A stretch of DNA of 64,000 nt from Saprospiraceae bacterium (GTDB taxonomy: Bacteria > Bacteroidota > Bacteroidia > Chitinophagales > Saprospiraceae): NCBI GenBank assembly GCA_020630955.1, contig JAHDIE010000012.1, positions 5,142 through 69,141 of the forward strand, read 5' to 3'. Below are positions 27,672 to 36,441 of the stretch, in pieces. Below the pieces are notes generated by a model, which ran no database searches, was not told the DNA's origin, and saw nothing but the letters and a program-made list of their open reading frames with translations. Position 1 is the stretch's first letter, and every line of letters starts with the position of its first letter. Position numbers and translations under genes: made by a program.

Positions 27672-28175
27672 TTATTTGAAAACTCTTTTTGACCCAAAGA
27701 ATATGGCCGCAAATATTCCCAACATGAGAATAATTACATATTGAAAAGGAACAAATGTTATCGCAAAAATATGAGTCTTTTCTAAGATCCAAAGTAAAGA
27801 CATAACTACCGTGATCACCAGCATCAATGAAGATATTCTACCAAAGCCAGGAATAGATTTAAATTCTACATTAAGCTTAATAATCCAAAGCGTAATAACC
27901 ATGCTTAACAAAGGAAGAATTTGAAGATAGACATCCGTATCGAAAATACTTTTTCGTTCAAAAAGAAAAAGATAAGCACTTAGTGTTATTGCAAATATTC
28001 CAGGAATGCATACCAAATAAATAAGTAAGCTATAAATATAAGTCCATGGTGCTTTGTCACCCTCCTCTTTAACCCACATGTACATTAAAAATGCGATTGC
28101 GGGAATAGCAATAAAATAGAAAAGTATGATAGACGGACTGTCACCAACTTTTACAAAAAATTCTCCTAAGGTCAT
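27672..28175 (-). CDS. integral membrane protein (4-5 TM), unknown function
   Basis: 167 aa, almost entirely hydrophobic helices. 16 nt downstream of sucB on the same strand. Confidence 0.7.
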   Translation of the reverse strand: MTLGEFFVKVGDSPSIILFYFIAIPAIAFLMYMWVKEEGDKAPWTYIYSLLIYLVCIPGIFAITLSAYLFLFERKSIFDTDVYLQILPLLSMVITLWIIKLNVEFKSIPGFGRISSLMLVITVVMSLLWILEKTHIFAITFVPFQYVIILMLGIFAAIFFGSKRVFK

Positions 28176-28191
28176 GCTTTAAGTATTGCGA

Positions 28192-29415
28192 TTATATCCC
28201 CATCATTAGGGTCATCGGATCTTCAAGAAGTTCTTTTACTCTTACTAAAAATGTAACTGAAGTACTACCATCAATGATTCGATGATCGTATGAAAGGGCA
28301 ACATACATCATTGGTCTTGCAACAATCTCGCCATTTACTACAATTGGTCTTTCAATGATATTATGCATTCCTAAGATCGCTGACTGAGGCTTATTTAAAA
28401 TCGGGGTACTAAGCATTGAGCCAAAGATTCCTCCATTTGTAATGGTAAATGTTCCTCCTTTCATTTCATCCAAGCTCAATTTTCCTTCTCTTGCTTTGCC
28501 AGCTAATTCTTTGATTGCATATTCAATTTCTGCAAAACCTAATGACTCACAATTTTTAACTGGAGGAACCACCAAACCTGTCGGTGTTGAAATCGCAATT
28601 GAGATATCTGCAAAGTCATTATAAATAACATGATCGCCATCGAGATAAGCATTGACCATCGGCATTTCCATCAAAGCTGTGGCGCATGCTTTGGTAAACA
28701 AAGACATATAGCCTAGCTTGATTCCATGTTTTTCTATGAATTTTTCTTGATAAGTTTTTCTTAATGCCTTTATTTGAGACAAGTCGACTTCATTGAAGGT
28801 AGTCAACATGGCAGAATCATTTTTAGCAGATACTAATCTAGATGCTATGGTTCTTCGCATTCTACTCAATTTCTCCCTCCTCTGTTCTCTAGAGAATGAA
28901 CCACTATTAACTGCAGATTTTGCGGCAGGTGTAGAATCAGTGTTTGATTCAGTACTTTTTTGCTGAGGAGTGGCTGCCATTGCATCAGCCTTGGTTATTC
29001 TTCCATCTTTACCTGTACCAGATACAGTGGATGCATCAACGCCCTTTTCTCTCATTATCTTAGCTGCTGCTGGGCTTGGATGCCCTCCTGGAGCAACCGA
29101 ATCATTTGAAACTTTTGGTGCTGCCTCAGTAGTTTCAGTCATAGCTGCAGGAGTAGCTGCATCAGCTGGAGCTGAAACACTTGTATCGATTTTAGCAACT
29201 ACAGCGCCTATTTCCAAATCATCTCCCTCGGCGGCCACATAAATTAATTTTCCTGCTGCCTCAGATGGAAATTCCAAAGTAGCTTTGTCAGATTCAAATT
29301 CACAAATGGGCTCATCAAGGTTTACATAATCACCATCACCTTTTAACCATTGAGAAAGTGTGACTTCAGTAATTGACTCCCCAATTGTTGGGACTTTCAT
29401 TTCTACGACGCTCAT
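28192..29415 (-). CDS. sucB: dihydrolipoyllysine-residue succinyltransferase (2-oxoglutarate dehydrogenase E2)
   Basis: Lipoyl domain '[14 protein letters not shown]', Ala/Pro linkers, E3-binding '[13 protein letters not shown]', catalytic 'SYDHRIIDG'. Confidence 0.9.
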   Translation of the reverse strand: MSVVEMKVPTIGESITEVTLSQWLKGDGDYVNLDEPICEFESDKATLEFPSEAAGKLIYVAAEGDDLEIGAVVAKIDTSVSAPADAATPAAMTETTEAAPKVSNDSVAPGGHPSPAAAKIMREKGVDASTVSGTGKDGRITKADAMAATPQQKSTESNTDSTPAAKSAVNSGSFSREQRREKLSRMRRTIASRLVSAKNDSAMLTTFNEVDLSQIKALRKTYQEKFIEKHGIKLGYMSLFTKACATALMEMPMVNAYLDGDHVIYNDFADISIAISTPTGLVVPPVKNCESLGFAEIEYAIKELAGKAREGKLSLDEMKGGTFTITNGGIFGSMLSTPILNKPQSAILGMHNIIERPIVVNGEIVARPMMYVALSYDHRIIDGSTSVTFLVRVKELLEDPMTLMMGI

Positions 29416-29571
29416 ATTATGTGAATTTTTTACGAAGATAAGGACATATTCTGAAAAATTCTAATTTGTTTAAGCTTGCCTAATTTATTTTTTAGGTTTG
29501 TCTAAATATTATATATGCTTTGTTGGTCGCAATGGTTTATAATTTGTTGGTATTCAATGATTTCTACGACA

Positions 29572-29590
29572 TGTAAATTGCCAATTTACA
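29572..29590. promoter_or_regulatory. 19-nt perfect palindrome upstream of the 29636 gene
   Basis: TGTAAATTG-C-CAATTTACA, 46 nt upstream of the ATG. A TAGGTTTG (-7-box-like) sequence lies at 29493-29500, so the palindrome may be in the leader. Confidence 0.4.
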
Positions 29591-29635
29591 GCTATCTTGC
29601 CTTCAGCAAATAATTAGAAAACCGGAAATATTAGA

Positions 29636-32600
29636 ATGAGGAATATCATAACTATAGTTGGCCTATTAGGATATCTATTGTCCAACGTGAGTGCACAAAA
29701 TCAAGAGACCCTTTCAGTCTCTCAAAGCAAGCTTATCAATCACGGTAAAACCAAAAAGCTATCAACGCTTATGGAATTACCGGTTTCAGCACCAGAAAAG
29801 AAAGAACAGTACAAAAAAGACAAATTAGCACCCAATAATTTTTTCAACAGACCTGAAAGGAAGGTGGCCAGACCGGACCTAGAACATCAAGGACCGGACT
29901 TACTTAGAAAATTAGGTAGATCTGCGTCTTCGACAGCAGAATTAGAAGTTTTTACAAATAATAATGCTTTGAGCAATGGCTCTGTTTTTCCACTCGACCC
30001 TACTGGATCCATAGGCTTGGAATATTATCTTCAAGCTATCAATGCAACAATCATCGGAGTGTACCGAAAAGATGGAAGCATCTTGGGTAGCTTTTCCGGG
30101 AACACCTTATGGTCCGACTTAAACCTTACTTCAAGAGGTGATCCCATCATTATGTATGATCAAGAATTATCCAGATGGATCATTACAGAGTTTACCAGAC
30201 CAGCAAGTTTATTGATTGCAGTATCAGAAACTACAGATCCTTTAGGCTCATATTATACTTATGAGTTTGTTGCTCCGAATTTTCCAGATTATCCAAAATA
30301 TGGAATTTGGAATGATCATTTTGTAGTCACAACGAATGAGCAAGGTCCTGGTCAACTTCACAATTATTTTATTGATCGACATGCACTAATGAGTGGTGCT
30401 GAAGAAGTAGCCTTCCAAAGAGCATCTGTCAATGGTGTACCTGGGTTTCAAATAGAATCACCTATTCTCATCACTGTTCCAGTGGACTGGGAAGGTCAAT
30501 TAAAACCAACTGACCCAAGACCTATGATTCTTCGACTTAATGATTCTTCTTGGGGTCAATCTCTTGAAGATGGGATTAACATCTATCAATACAACGTTGA
30601 TTATGATAATCCAAACAATACCGACTTTGAACTGACCTTTATTCCTACATCACCTTATGATGGATATCCTTGTTGGGGAGATGCTACTTTTAGTTGCTTA
30701 CCCCAAAGAGATGGTGATTATATTGCCGCTATTCCTGAGACTATCATGAACACTGTCCAATATAGAAATTTTGGAACGCATGAAGCTGTGGTTTTGGCAT
30801 TCATCACAGACGTAACCAATGGGAATAATCATTCTGGAATCAGATGGATTGAATTAAGAAAAAATAATGCTGACGAACCGTGGTATTTATTTCAAGAAGG
30901 AACATACTCGCCTGACGATGAACTTCACAGATTTATGCCATCGATAGCCATCGATAGATTGGGTTGTATATCAATCGCATACAGCGTTACGAGTGAAAAT
31001 GATTTTGTCGGTTTAAGAATGACAGGAAGATGTCCTGATGACCCTCCTGGAGAAATGACTGTTCCCGAATACAGCATCGCGAATGGAGGTTCTGCCTTAG
31101 AAACAGAAGGAAATGCTCAAAACGGAAATCGCTACGGTGACTACAGTCATCTTTCCGTTGATCCAAAAGATGAATTGACAATGTGGTTTACAGCAGAATA
31201 TGCTGGAGGTGGAAATCGATCCATCACCAGATTGATTTCATATCGATTGACTAGGGATAGTGTTGACATTGGCATGAATGGCTTGGTTAATCAAGAATCC
31301 GGAGTTGGGTTTACGGAAACTGAAGAAATTGAAGTTTCAATAACCAACTTTGGAAAGACGGATATTCCCAATTATAAAATTGGATATATGGTGAATGGAA
31401 TTGAAATGGAAAATGTACAAATTAATGACACCATTGCAAGTAAAGAAGAAGTTCTACATACTTTCTCTGTACCAGCTGATCTTTCTGAAAGAGGGGAATA
31501 TGAAATTACCACTTACGTAAATTACATTTCAGATTTGGTAGTTACCAATGATACTACGAGAACTACAATTATACATTATAATGATCATGATGTAGCAATT
31601 AATTTAATACCTATGTTTTCAGACTGTGGTATCTCAAGAGAATTTGAACTAGAGATTACCAATTTAGGTGCAATAACCATTGATAGCGCTATTGTTGAAA
31701 TCTTATACAATGGTGCTCCAGTTGATACACTTTATACTGAAGATAGTTTCAGCGAGATACTTTTTTTCGATTCTAAAAACATTCCATATTTCTTTGAACA
31801 TGAAGTTGAAGATGAAAATATACTAGAAGCAAGGGTCACCAATCTATTTACAAATGAAGACAGTGACCCCAGCAACAACATATCTAGGTACCAATTTGAA
31901 AAAGATTTTCTATCTCTACAAGTAATATTGACCATTGCATTGGATAACTCTCCAAATGAAACAACATGGGAAGTTGTAGACCAAGAAACAGGGGTAATCA
32001 CAGCAAGTGGCGGACCATACCTTGGGGGAGAAGGCGTAACCATTGAAGAAAAGTTTTGTGTGAATCCAGACAAATGTTATGTCTTCACCATGTTCGATGC
32101 CGGTGGAGATGGAATATGTTGTGGTAATGGATTTGGTATTTACAATGTCAGTTTATTTGAAGAAGGAGTATTATTCAATGGAAATACTTTTTTCGCATCT
32201 GAAGATGTTCATAGTTTTTGTCCAGGCAACCCTGATTGTTCTTTGATTGCCGACTTTAACGTTGGTTATGAAAGTAGTTCTGATTTGGGCAGTATTTTGA
32301 TAACTGCGAATAGTGGAATAGGACCATATTCTTATAGCATAGATGGTGGTGAAACATTTCAGGAAGAAAATCTATTTATAGACTTACCATCCGGCGAATA
32401 TAATATTATCGTTCTGGACGCAGATGGTTTTTGTTCATATACAGAGACTGTTACTATCAGTCTTGAAACGAACACAACAGATCTTCTTATAAACGATCTA
32501 AGTATTTTGGTAAAACCAAATCCAACTGATGGATTTTTTAATGTTGAAATTCATGGATATAAAGGATCTGAAAATTGGTTTACTTTTCAGATTCTTGATA

Positions 32601-32752
32601 ATACAGGAAAATTGGTTCAAGAAAGAAAAATTTTAAAATATGATGATATTTTCATGACTCAAGTTTCTTTACTAGCATATCCAGATGGTCTCTATTATTT
32701 TAGAATTGTAAACGATCAAAACAATCAACTTACTAGGATTATTAAACAATAA
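29636..32752 (+). CDS. large T9SS type A cargo protein (conserved ~420-aa N-terminal core, CARDB-like repeats, Cys-rich 'GDGICCG' module, SprB-like repeat, CTD); paralogue of 33231..36311
   Basis: Signal peptide, Lys-rich segment, a core with 'DPTGSIGLEYYLQAINAT', 'GDPIIMYDQE.SRWI', 'SETTDPLGSYY', 'FPDYPKYGIW' and 'RYGDYSHLSVDP'. C-terminal 'VKPNPTDGFFNVEI...GLYYFRIV' sorting domain. Confidence 0.85.
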   Translation: MRNIITIVGLLGYLLSNVSAQNQETLSVSQSKLINHGKTKKLSTLMELPVSAPEKKEQYKKDKLAPNNFFNRPERKVARPDLEHQGPDLLRKLGRSASSTAELEVFTNNNALSNGSVFPLDPTGSIGLEYYLQAINATIIGVYRKDGSILGSFSGNTLWSDLNLTSRGDPIIMYDQELSRWIITEFTRPASLLIAVSETTDPLGSYYTYEFVAPNFPDYPKYGIWNDHFVVTTNEQGPGQLHNYFIDRHALMSGAEEVAFQRASVNGVPGFQIESPILITVPVDWEGQLKPTDPRPMILRLNDSSWGQSLEDGINIYQYNVDYDNPNNTDFELTFIPTSPYDGYPCWGDATFSCLPQRDGDYIAAIPETIMNTVQYRNFGTHEAVVLAFITDVTNGNNHSGIRWIELRKNNADEPWYLFQEGTYSPDDELHRFMPSIAIDRLGCISIAYSVTSENDFVGLRMTGRCPDDPPGEMTVPEYSIANGGSALETEGNAQNGNRYGDYSHLSVDPKDELTMWFTAEYAGGGNRSITRLISYRLTRDSVDIGMNGLVNQESGVGFTETEEIEVSITNFGKTDIPNYKIGYMVNGIEMENVQINDTIASKEEVLHTFSVPADLSERGEYEITTYVNYISDLVVTNDTTRTTIIHYNDHDVAINLIPMFSDCGISREFELEITNLGAITIDSAIVEILYNGAPVDTLYTEDSFSEILFFDSKNIPYFFEHEVEDENILEARVTNLFTNEDSDPSNNISRYQFEKDFLSLQVILTIALDNSPNETTWEVVDQETGVITASGGPYLGGEGVTIEEKFCVNPDKCYVFTMFDAGGDGICCGNGFGIYNVSLFEEGVLFNGNTFFASEDVHSFCPGNPDCSLIADFNVGYESSSDLGSILITANSGIGPYSYSIDGGETFQEENLFIDLPSGEYNIIVLDADGFCSYTETVTISLETNTTDLLINDLSILVKPNPTDGFFNVEIHGYKGSENWFTFQILDNTGKLVQERKILKYDDIFMTQVSLLAYPDGLYYFRIVNDQNNQLTRIIKQ

Positions 32753-32831
32753 GTATAAAATTATATTGGCAATGTAGAAATTACACTGCGATTTATTAAA
32801 TCATGATATAACTTGTATAAAATACTACTAA

Positions 32832-33209
32832 ATGAAATCAAACTTATTATGGATGGGTTTAGCCATCATTCTTGTTCTATCAATAATTGGCTGCAAGGCT
32901 AAAAAAAATCTGAATGACCCCACGGTGTTAGAAGTACATGTTCTTGCTGAGTTGAAACAAGGAATTCCTGCTAATAAAGTTCAAGAAGAATTAAAGCAGT
33001 TTAAAATTATTGATATAAAAGCAACCAATAAGACACTCAACCAATATATATATAAGGTAGTTCTCGAAGGCCAAAGTGCTGATGAACTATTGAGGGCTTT
33101 TAATGAAAAGCCTTATATAAAATCAGCAATAATTGCACCATCTGGTGATGGACCTGCAGAAAATTTACCACCTGGCAAACCATCAAGAACAAATCCTGTT
33201 AAAGGATAA
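32832..33209 (+). CDS. small lipoprotein, unknown function
   Basis: Lipobox 'SIIGC'. ~100-aa mature part with beta-alpha-beta-like alternation. Ends 21 nt before the next large gene. Confidence 0.7.
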   Translation: MKSNLLWMGLAIILVLSIIGCKAKKNLNDPTVLEVHVLAELKQGIPANKVQEELKQFKIIDIKATNKTLNQYIYKVVLEGQSADELLRAFNEKPYIKSAIIAPSGDGPAENLPPGKPSRTNPVKG

Positions 33210-33230
33210 TACAAAAAGAAAAACAATATT

Positions 33231-36200
33231 ATGAAACAAGTATTAATGCTCATCCTATTTTTATATTACCTACCTGTTAGTAATGCACAAAATAAAGTCG
33301 AATCAAAAAAGCTTGACAATATAATTGTAACTTCATCGAAAGCGATATTTCTTGGAAAAACTAAGCCCGTTAGAGACCTTCCTGAAGTTCCTTTGATTAG
33401 CAAAGAAAAGAAGGACAAAGTCAAAAAAGATCGAAAGAAGCCAGACAACTTTAAAAATAGACTAAATCATAACAAAGTTGTGAAACCTGAATTAGAACAT
33501 CAAGGAATTGATCCAGTTTGGCAATCAAGTCATTCTAAAAGAAATATTCAAGGTGTTGAACCAATCGTAAATGTAAATGGAATAGGAAGTGGCTCACCAA
33601 CTGACCCAACAGGATCGATAGGATTGGATTATTATCTTCAAGCTGTCAACGCAACACCAGTTGGCGTATGGGATAAGGATGGCAATATGATTACTCAATT
33701 TAACATGAGTTCATTATGGACGGAACTTGGTTTTGGTTCTACAGGTGATCCAATCATTTTATTCGACCAAGAAGCTTCTAGATGGATTTTAACGGAGTTT
33801 GCATTTCCTGGTAGTTTATTGATTGGCGTTTCCGAAACTTCAGATCCATTGGGAAGTTATTATGCTTATAATTTTGTAACACCTTCATTTCCTGATTATC
33901 CAAAATTTGGTATTTGGTCCGACCACTTGGTTGTTTCAACAAACGAAGGTGGATTTGGTAGGTTAGATCAATATTTTATCGAAAGGGAAGCTCTGCTTAA
34001 TGGAACTGATGCAAGAATGCAAAGAGTTGTGATTGATGGACCTCAAAATCCAGAACAAGGATTTATTGTTTCCACACCAGTTGATTGGGAAGGAAAAACA
34101 AGACCAGAAGATCCTCGTCCAATTGTCTTGAAGTTAAATGATTCCTCTTGGGGTCAAGTAGCTGAAGATGCGGTTGAGTTAATTAGATTCAACATCAATT
34201 ATGATGACGAATCACTAACTGAAGTCGAATCATTACTTATCAATACAAGTCCTTATGATAGTTTTCCTTGCTGGCCAGGTCCAGGATTTTCCTGCTGTCC
34301 ACAACCAAATGGAGATCCTTTGGATGCAATTCCTGAAGTCATCATGAATGCACCACAATACAGAAATTTTGACTCACATGAATCACTTGTTCTATCATTT
34401 GTAACTGATGTAAGCGATGGTGAAAATCACGCTGGAGTAAGATGGATGGAGTTGAGAAGAACATCCGATCAAGACTGGAATGTATATCAAGAAGGATCCT
34501 ATGCTCCAGATGCAAACCATCGTTTTATGTCTGGAATAGGTATTGATAGAAAAGGGAATATAGGTCTTGCATATAATATATCGAGCGATAGTGTCTTTGT
34601 TGGAATGAGATATACTGGAAGGTATGCCAATGACCCGCTTGGTCAAATGACGATACCAGAAGTTTCTGTAATAGAAGGAAATTCAACCATTAATACAGGA
34701 GGCAGATTTTCAGACTATTCGCATTTATCAGTTGACCCAGTCGATGAATCTACTTTTTGGTTTACCTCTGAATATTCTATTGCTGGAACTACAAGAACAA
34801 GACTTGTTTCGTGGCAACTTTTACAAGATACCTTTGACATGGCTGTGAGAGCCATCACAAGTCCAAGTTCAAGTTTCGACCTCACAGAGGCTGAAACAGT
34901 TGAAGTTGAAGTTTCAAATAATGGTATTGAAACCGCAAACAGCTATGACATTGCATATAGTTTAGAAGATATAGAAATAGAAAGAAAAACGATCATGGAT
35001 CCTTTGACATCGGGTGCAAGAAGATTTCACACATTTGAAACCACTCAAGATATGAGCATGATTGGTCAATACAATCTTTCAGCTAAAATTTATTTTGAAA
35101 ATGATGAAAACCCAAATAATGACGAAGTCTCAAAAATTGTTGAACAAAGACCAGAAACAAACACAGCTTTAGAAATAACTGGAAATCCTACCACTTGTAA
35201 TATCGTATCCATAATAAACATCACCATTACAAATCATGGTGCTGAAACCTTGACTGAAGCGGTCATTGATATTGAGACTGGAGGAGAAATTGTTGATAGT
35301 TATGAATGGACTGGAAGTCTTGATTTTGGAGATAGTGAAAATTTCGATTATCTGCTTACCAATATTCCAGATGGAACAAATGATTACATTTTTACAATCT
35401 CAGGTGGTAATTCTACAGATTTTGATTTATCTGACAATACAGTTATTTATCAGTTAACAAATTCAGGTACTGCAGGAATAGTTGTACTAAATATTCTTAC
35501 CGATGAATTTCCAGAAGAAACCAGTTGGGAACTAACGGATCAATCAACAGGAAATGTTATTACTTCGGGTGGAGGATATGGACAGGAGTTCACGCTTTAT
35601 ACTGAAGAATTATGTCTTGACCCTGATGGATGCTATGTATTCACAATGTTTGACACGTATGGGGATGGTATTTGTTGTGGTTTTGGAGAAGGAAACTTTT
35701 CTCTTTTCAACAATCAAGGACAAACGATATTTGCAAATTCTGGAGAATTTGGCGCAGAAAGTACAACTCAATTTTGCACAAGTGATATAGATTGTACAAT
35801 CAACGCTGAAGCCGATGTTCAAAATGCGATTACAGACGGTACTTTAGGATCAGTTATGCTCAATGTTACCGGAAGTCAAGGTCCATTTGCATATAGTATT
35901 GATGGTGGTGCGACCGTTCAAGAATCAAATCTATTTGAAAATTTAGAAAGCGGTGATTATACTATTATTATCTATTCTTCTGTGGAAGGTTGTGAAACTG
36001 AAATTGAAGTAACCGTAGCACTATTGTCAAATGTACATGAAGTACATAATTCTGATTTGAAAATTTTCGCGACACCAAATCCGAATGAAGGATTCTTTGA
36101 TCTTAGATTAAAAAATTATAAAGGCAACGACAACTATATAAAATTTGAAATTCTAAACGCGGGAGGAAAAATAGTCCAGAGTAGAAAAATGATCAAATAT

Positions 36201-36311
36201 AGTGGAGAGTTTGTAACCCAAGTATCACTACTTGAGTATCCAGATGGAAATTATTTTATCAGATTTTTAAATAAAGATATCAACCAATTGGTAAAAATTA
36301 TCAAGATGTAG
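33231..36311 (+). CDS. large T9SS type A cargo protein, paralogue of 29636..32752
   Basis: Same domain order and the same motif blocks ('DPTGSIGLDYYLQAVNAT', 'GDPIILFDQEASRWI', 'FPDYPKFGIW', 'RFSDYSHLSVDP', 'GDGICCGFGEG', 'YSIDGGATVQ') and a type A CTD. Confidence 0.85.
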   Translation: MKQVLMLILFLYYLPVSNAQNKVESKKLDNIIVTSSKAIFLGKTKPVRDLPEVPLISKEKKDKVKKDRKKPDNFKNRLNHNKVVKPELEHQGIDPVWQSSHSKRNIQGVEPIVNVNGIGSGSPTDPTGSIGLDYYLQAVNATPVGVWDKDGNMITQFNMSSLWTELGFGSTGDPIILFDQEASRWILTEFAFPGSLLIGVSETSDPLGSYYAYNFVTPSFPDYPKFGIWSDHLVVSTNEGGFGRLDQYFIEREALLNGTDARMQRVVIDGPQNPEQGFIVSTPVDWEGKTRPEDPRPIVLKLNDSSWGQVAEDAVELIRFNINYDDESLTEVESLLINTSPYDSFPCWPGPGFSCCPQPNGDPLDAIPEVIMNAPQYRNFDSHESLVLSFVTDVSDGENHAGVRWMELRRTSDQDWNVYQEGSYAPDANHRFMSGIGIDRKGNIGLAYNISSDSVFVGMRYTGRYANDPLGQMTIPEVSVIEGNSTINTGGRFSDYSHLSVDPVDESTFWFTSEYSIAGTTRTRLVSWQLLQDTFDMAVRAITSPSSSFDLTEAETVEVEVSNNGIETANSYDIAYSLEDIEIERKTIMDPLTSGARRFHTFETTQDMSMIGQYNLSAKIYFENDENPNNDEVSKIVEQRPETNTALEITGNPTTCNIVSIINITITNHGAETLTEAVIDIETGGEIVDSYEWTGSLDFGDSENFDYLLTNIPDGTNDYIFTISGGNSTDFDLSDNTVIYQLTNSGTAGIVVLNILTDEFPEETSWELTDQSTGNVITSGGGYGQEFTLYTEELCLDPDGCYVFTMFDTYGDGICCGFGEGNFSLFNNQGQTIFANSGEFGAESTTQFCTSDIDCTINAEADVQNAITDGTLGSVMLNVTGSQGPFAYSIDGGATVQESNLFENLESGDYTIIIYSSVEGCETEIEVTVALLSNVHEVHNSDLKIFATPNPNEGFFDLRLKNYKGNDNYIKFEILNAGGKIVQSRKMIKYSGEFVTQVSLLEYPDGNYFIRFLNKDINQLVKIIKM

Positions 36312-36384
36312 ATTACAGACAATCTAAGGCTTTTGAGAATCAAATTGTCGTGGAATATGAGTCTTAAAACTGAACAAGTATATT

Positions 36385-36417
36385 AAAAGAGGAGAGGCCG
36401 ACGGTCTCTCCTCTTTT
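36385..36417. terminator. strong bidirectional terminator
   Basis: AAAAGAGGAGAGGCC-GAC-GGTCTCTCCTCTTTT (about 15-bp stem) between convergent genes ending at 36311 (+) and 36442 (-). Confidence 0.8.
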
Positions 36418-36441
36418 AATATTTGAGTTACAAAATCATCT

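Noticed and set aside
28970-29242. 90-aa Ala-rich + strand ORF, and the similar 28442..28624 ORF, inside sucB.
   Set aside because: They are antisense to a well-supported CDS. They arise from the GC-rich Ala/Pro linker region read on the opposite strand.
32765-32773. ATTGGCAAT upstream of the small lipoprotein gene is the reverse complement of the ATTGCCAAT core of the 29572-29590 palindrome. This raised the idea of a shared operator for the cassette.
   Set aside because: A single 9-mer match in AT-rich leaders is within chance expectation, and the flanking arms do not match. It needs a genome-wide motif search before any claim.
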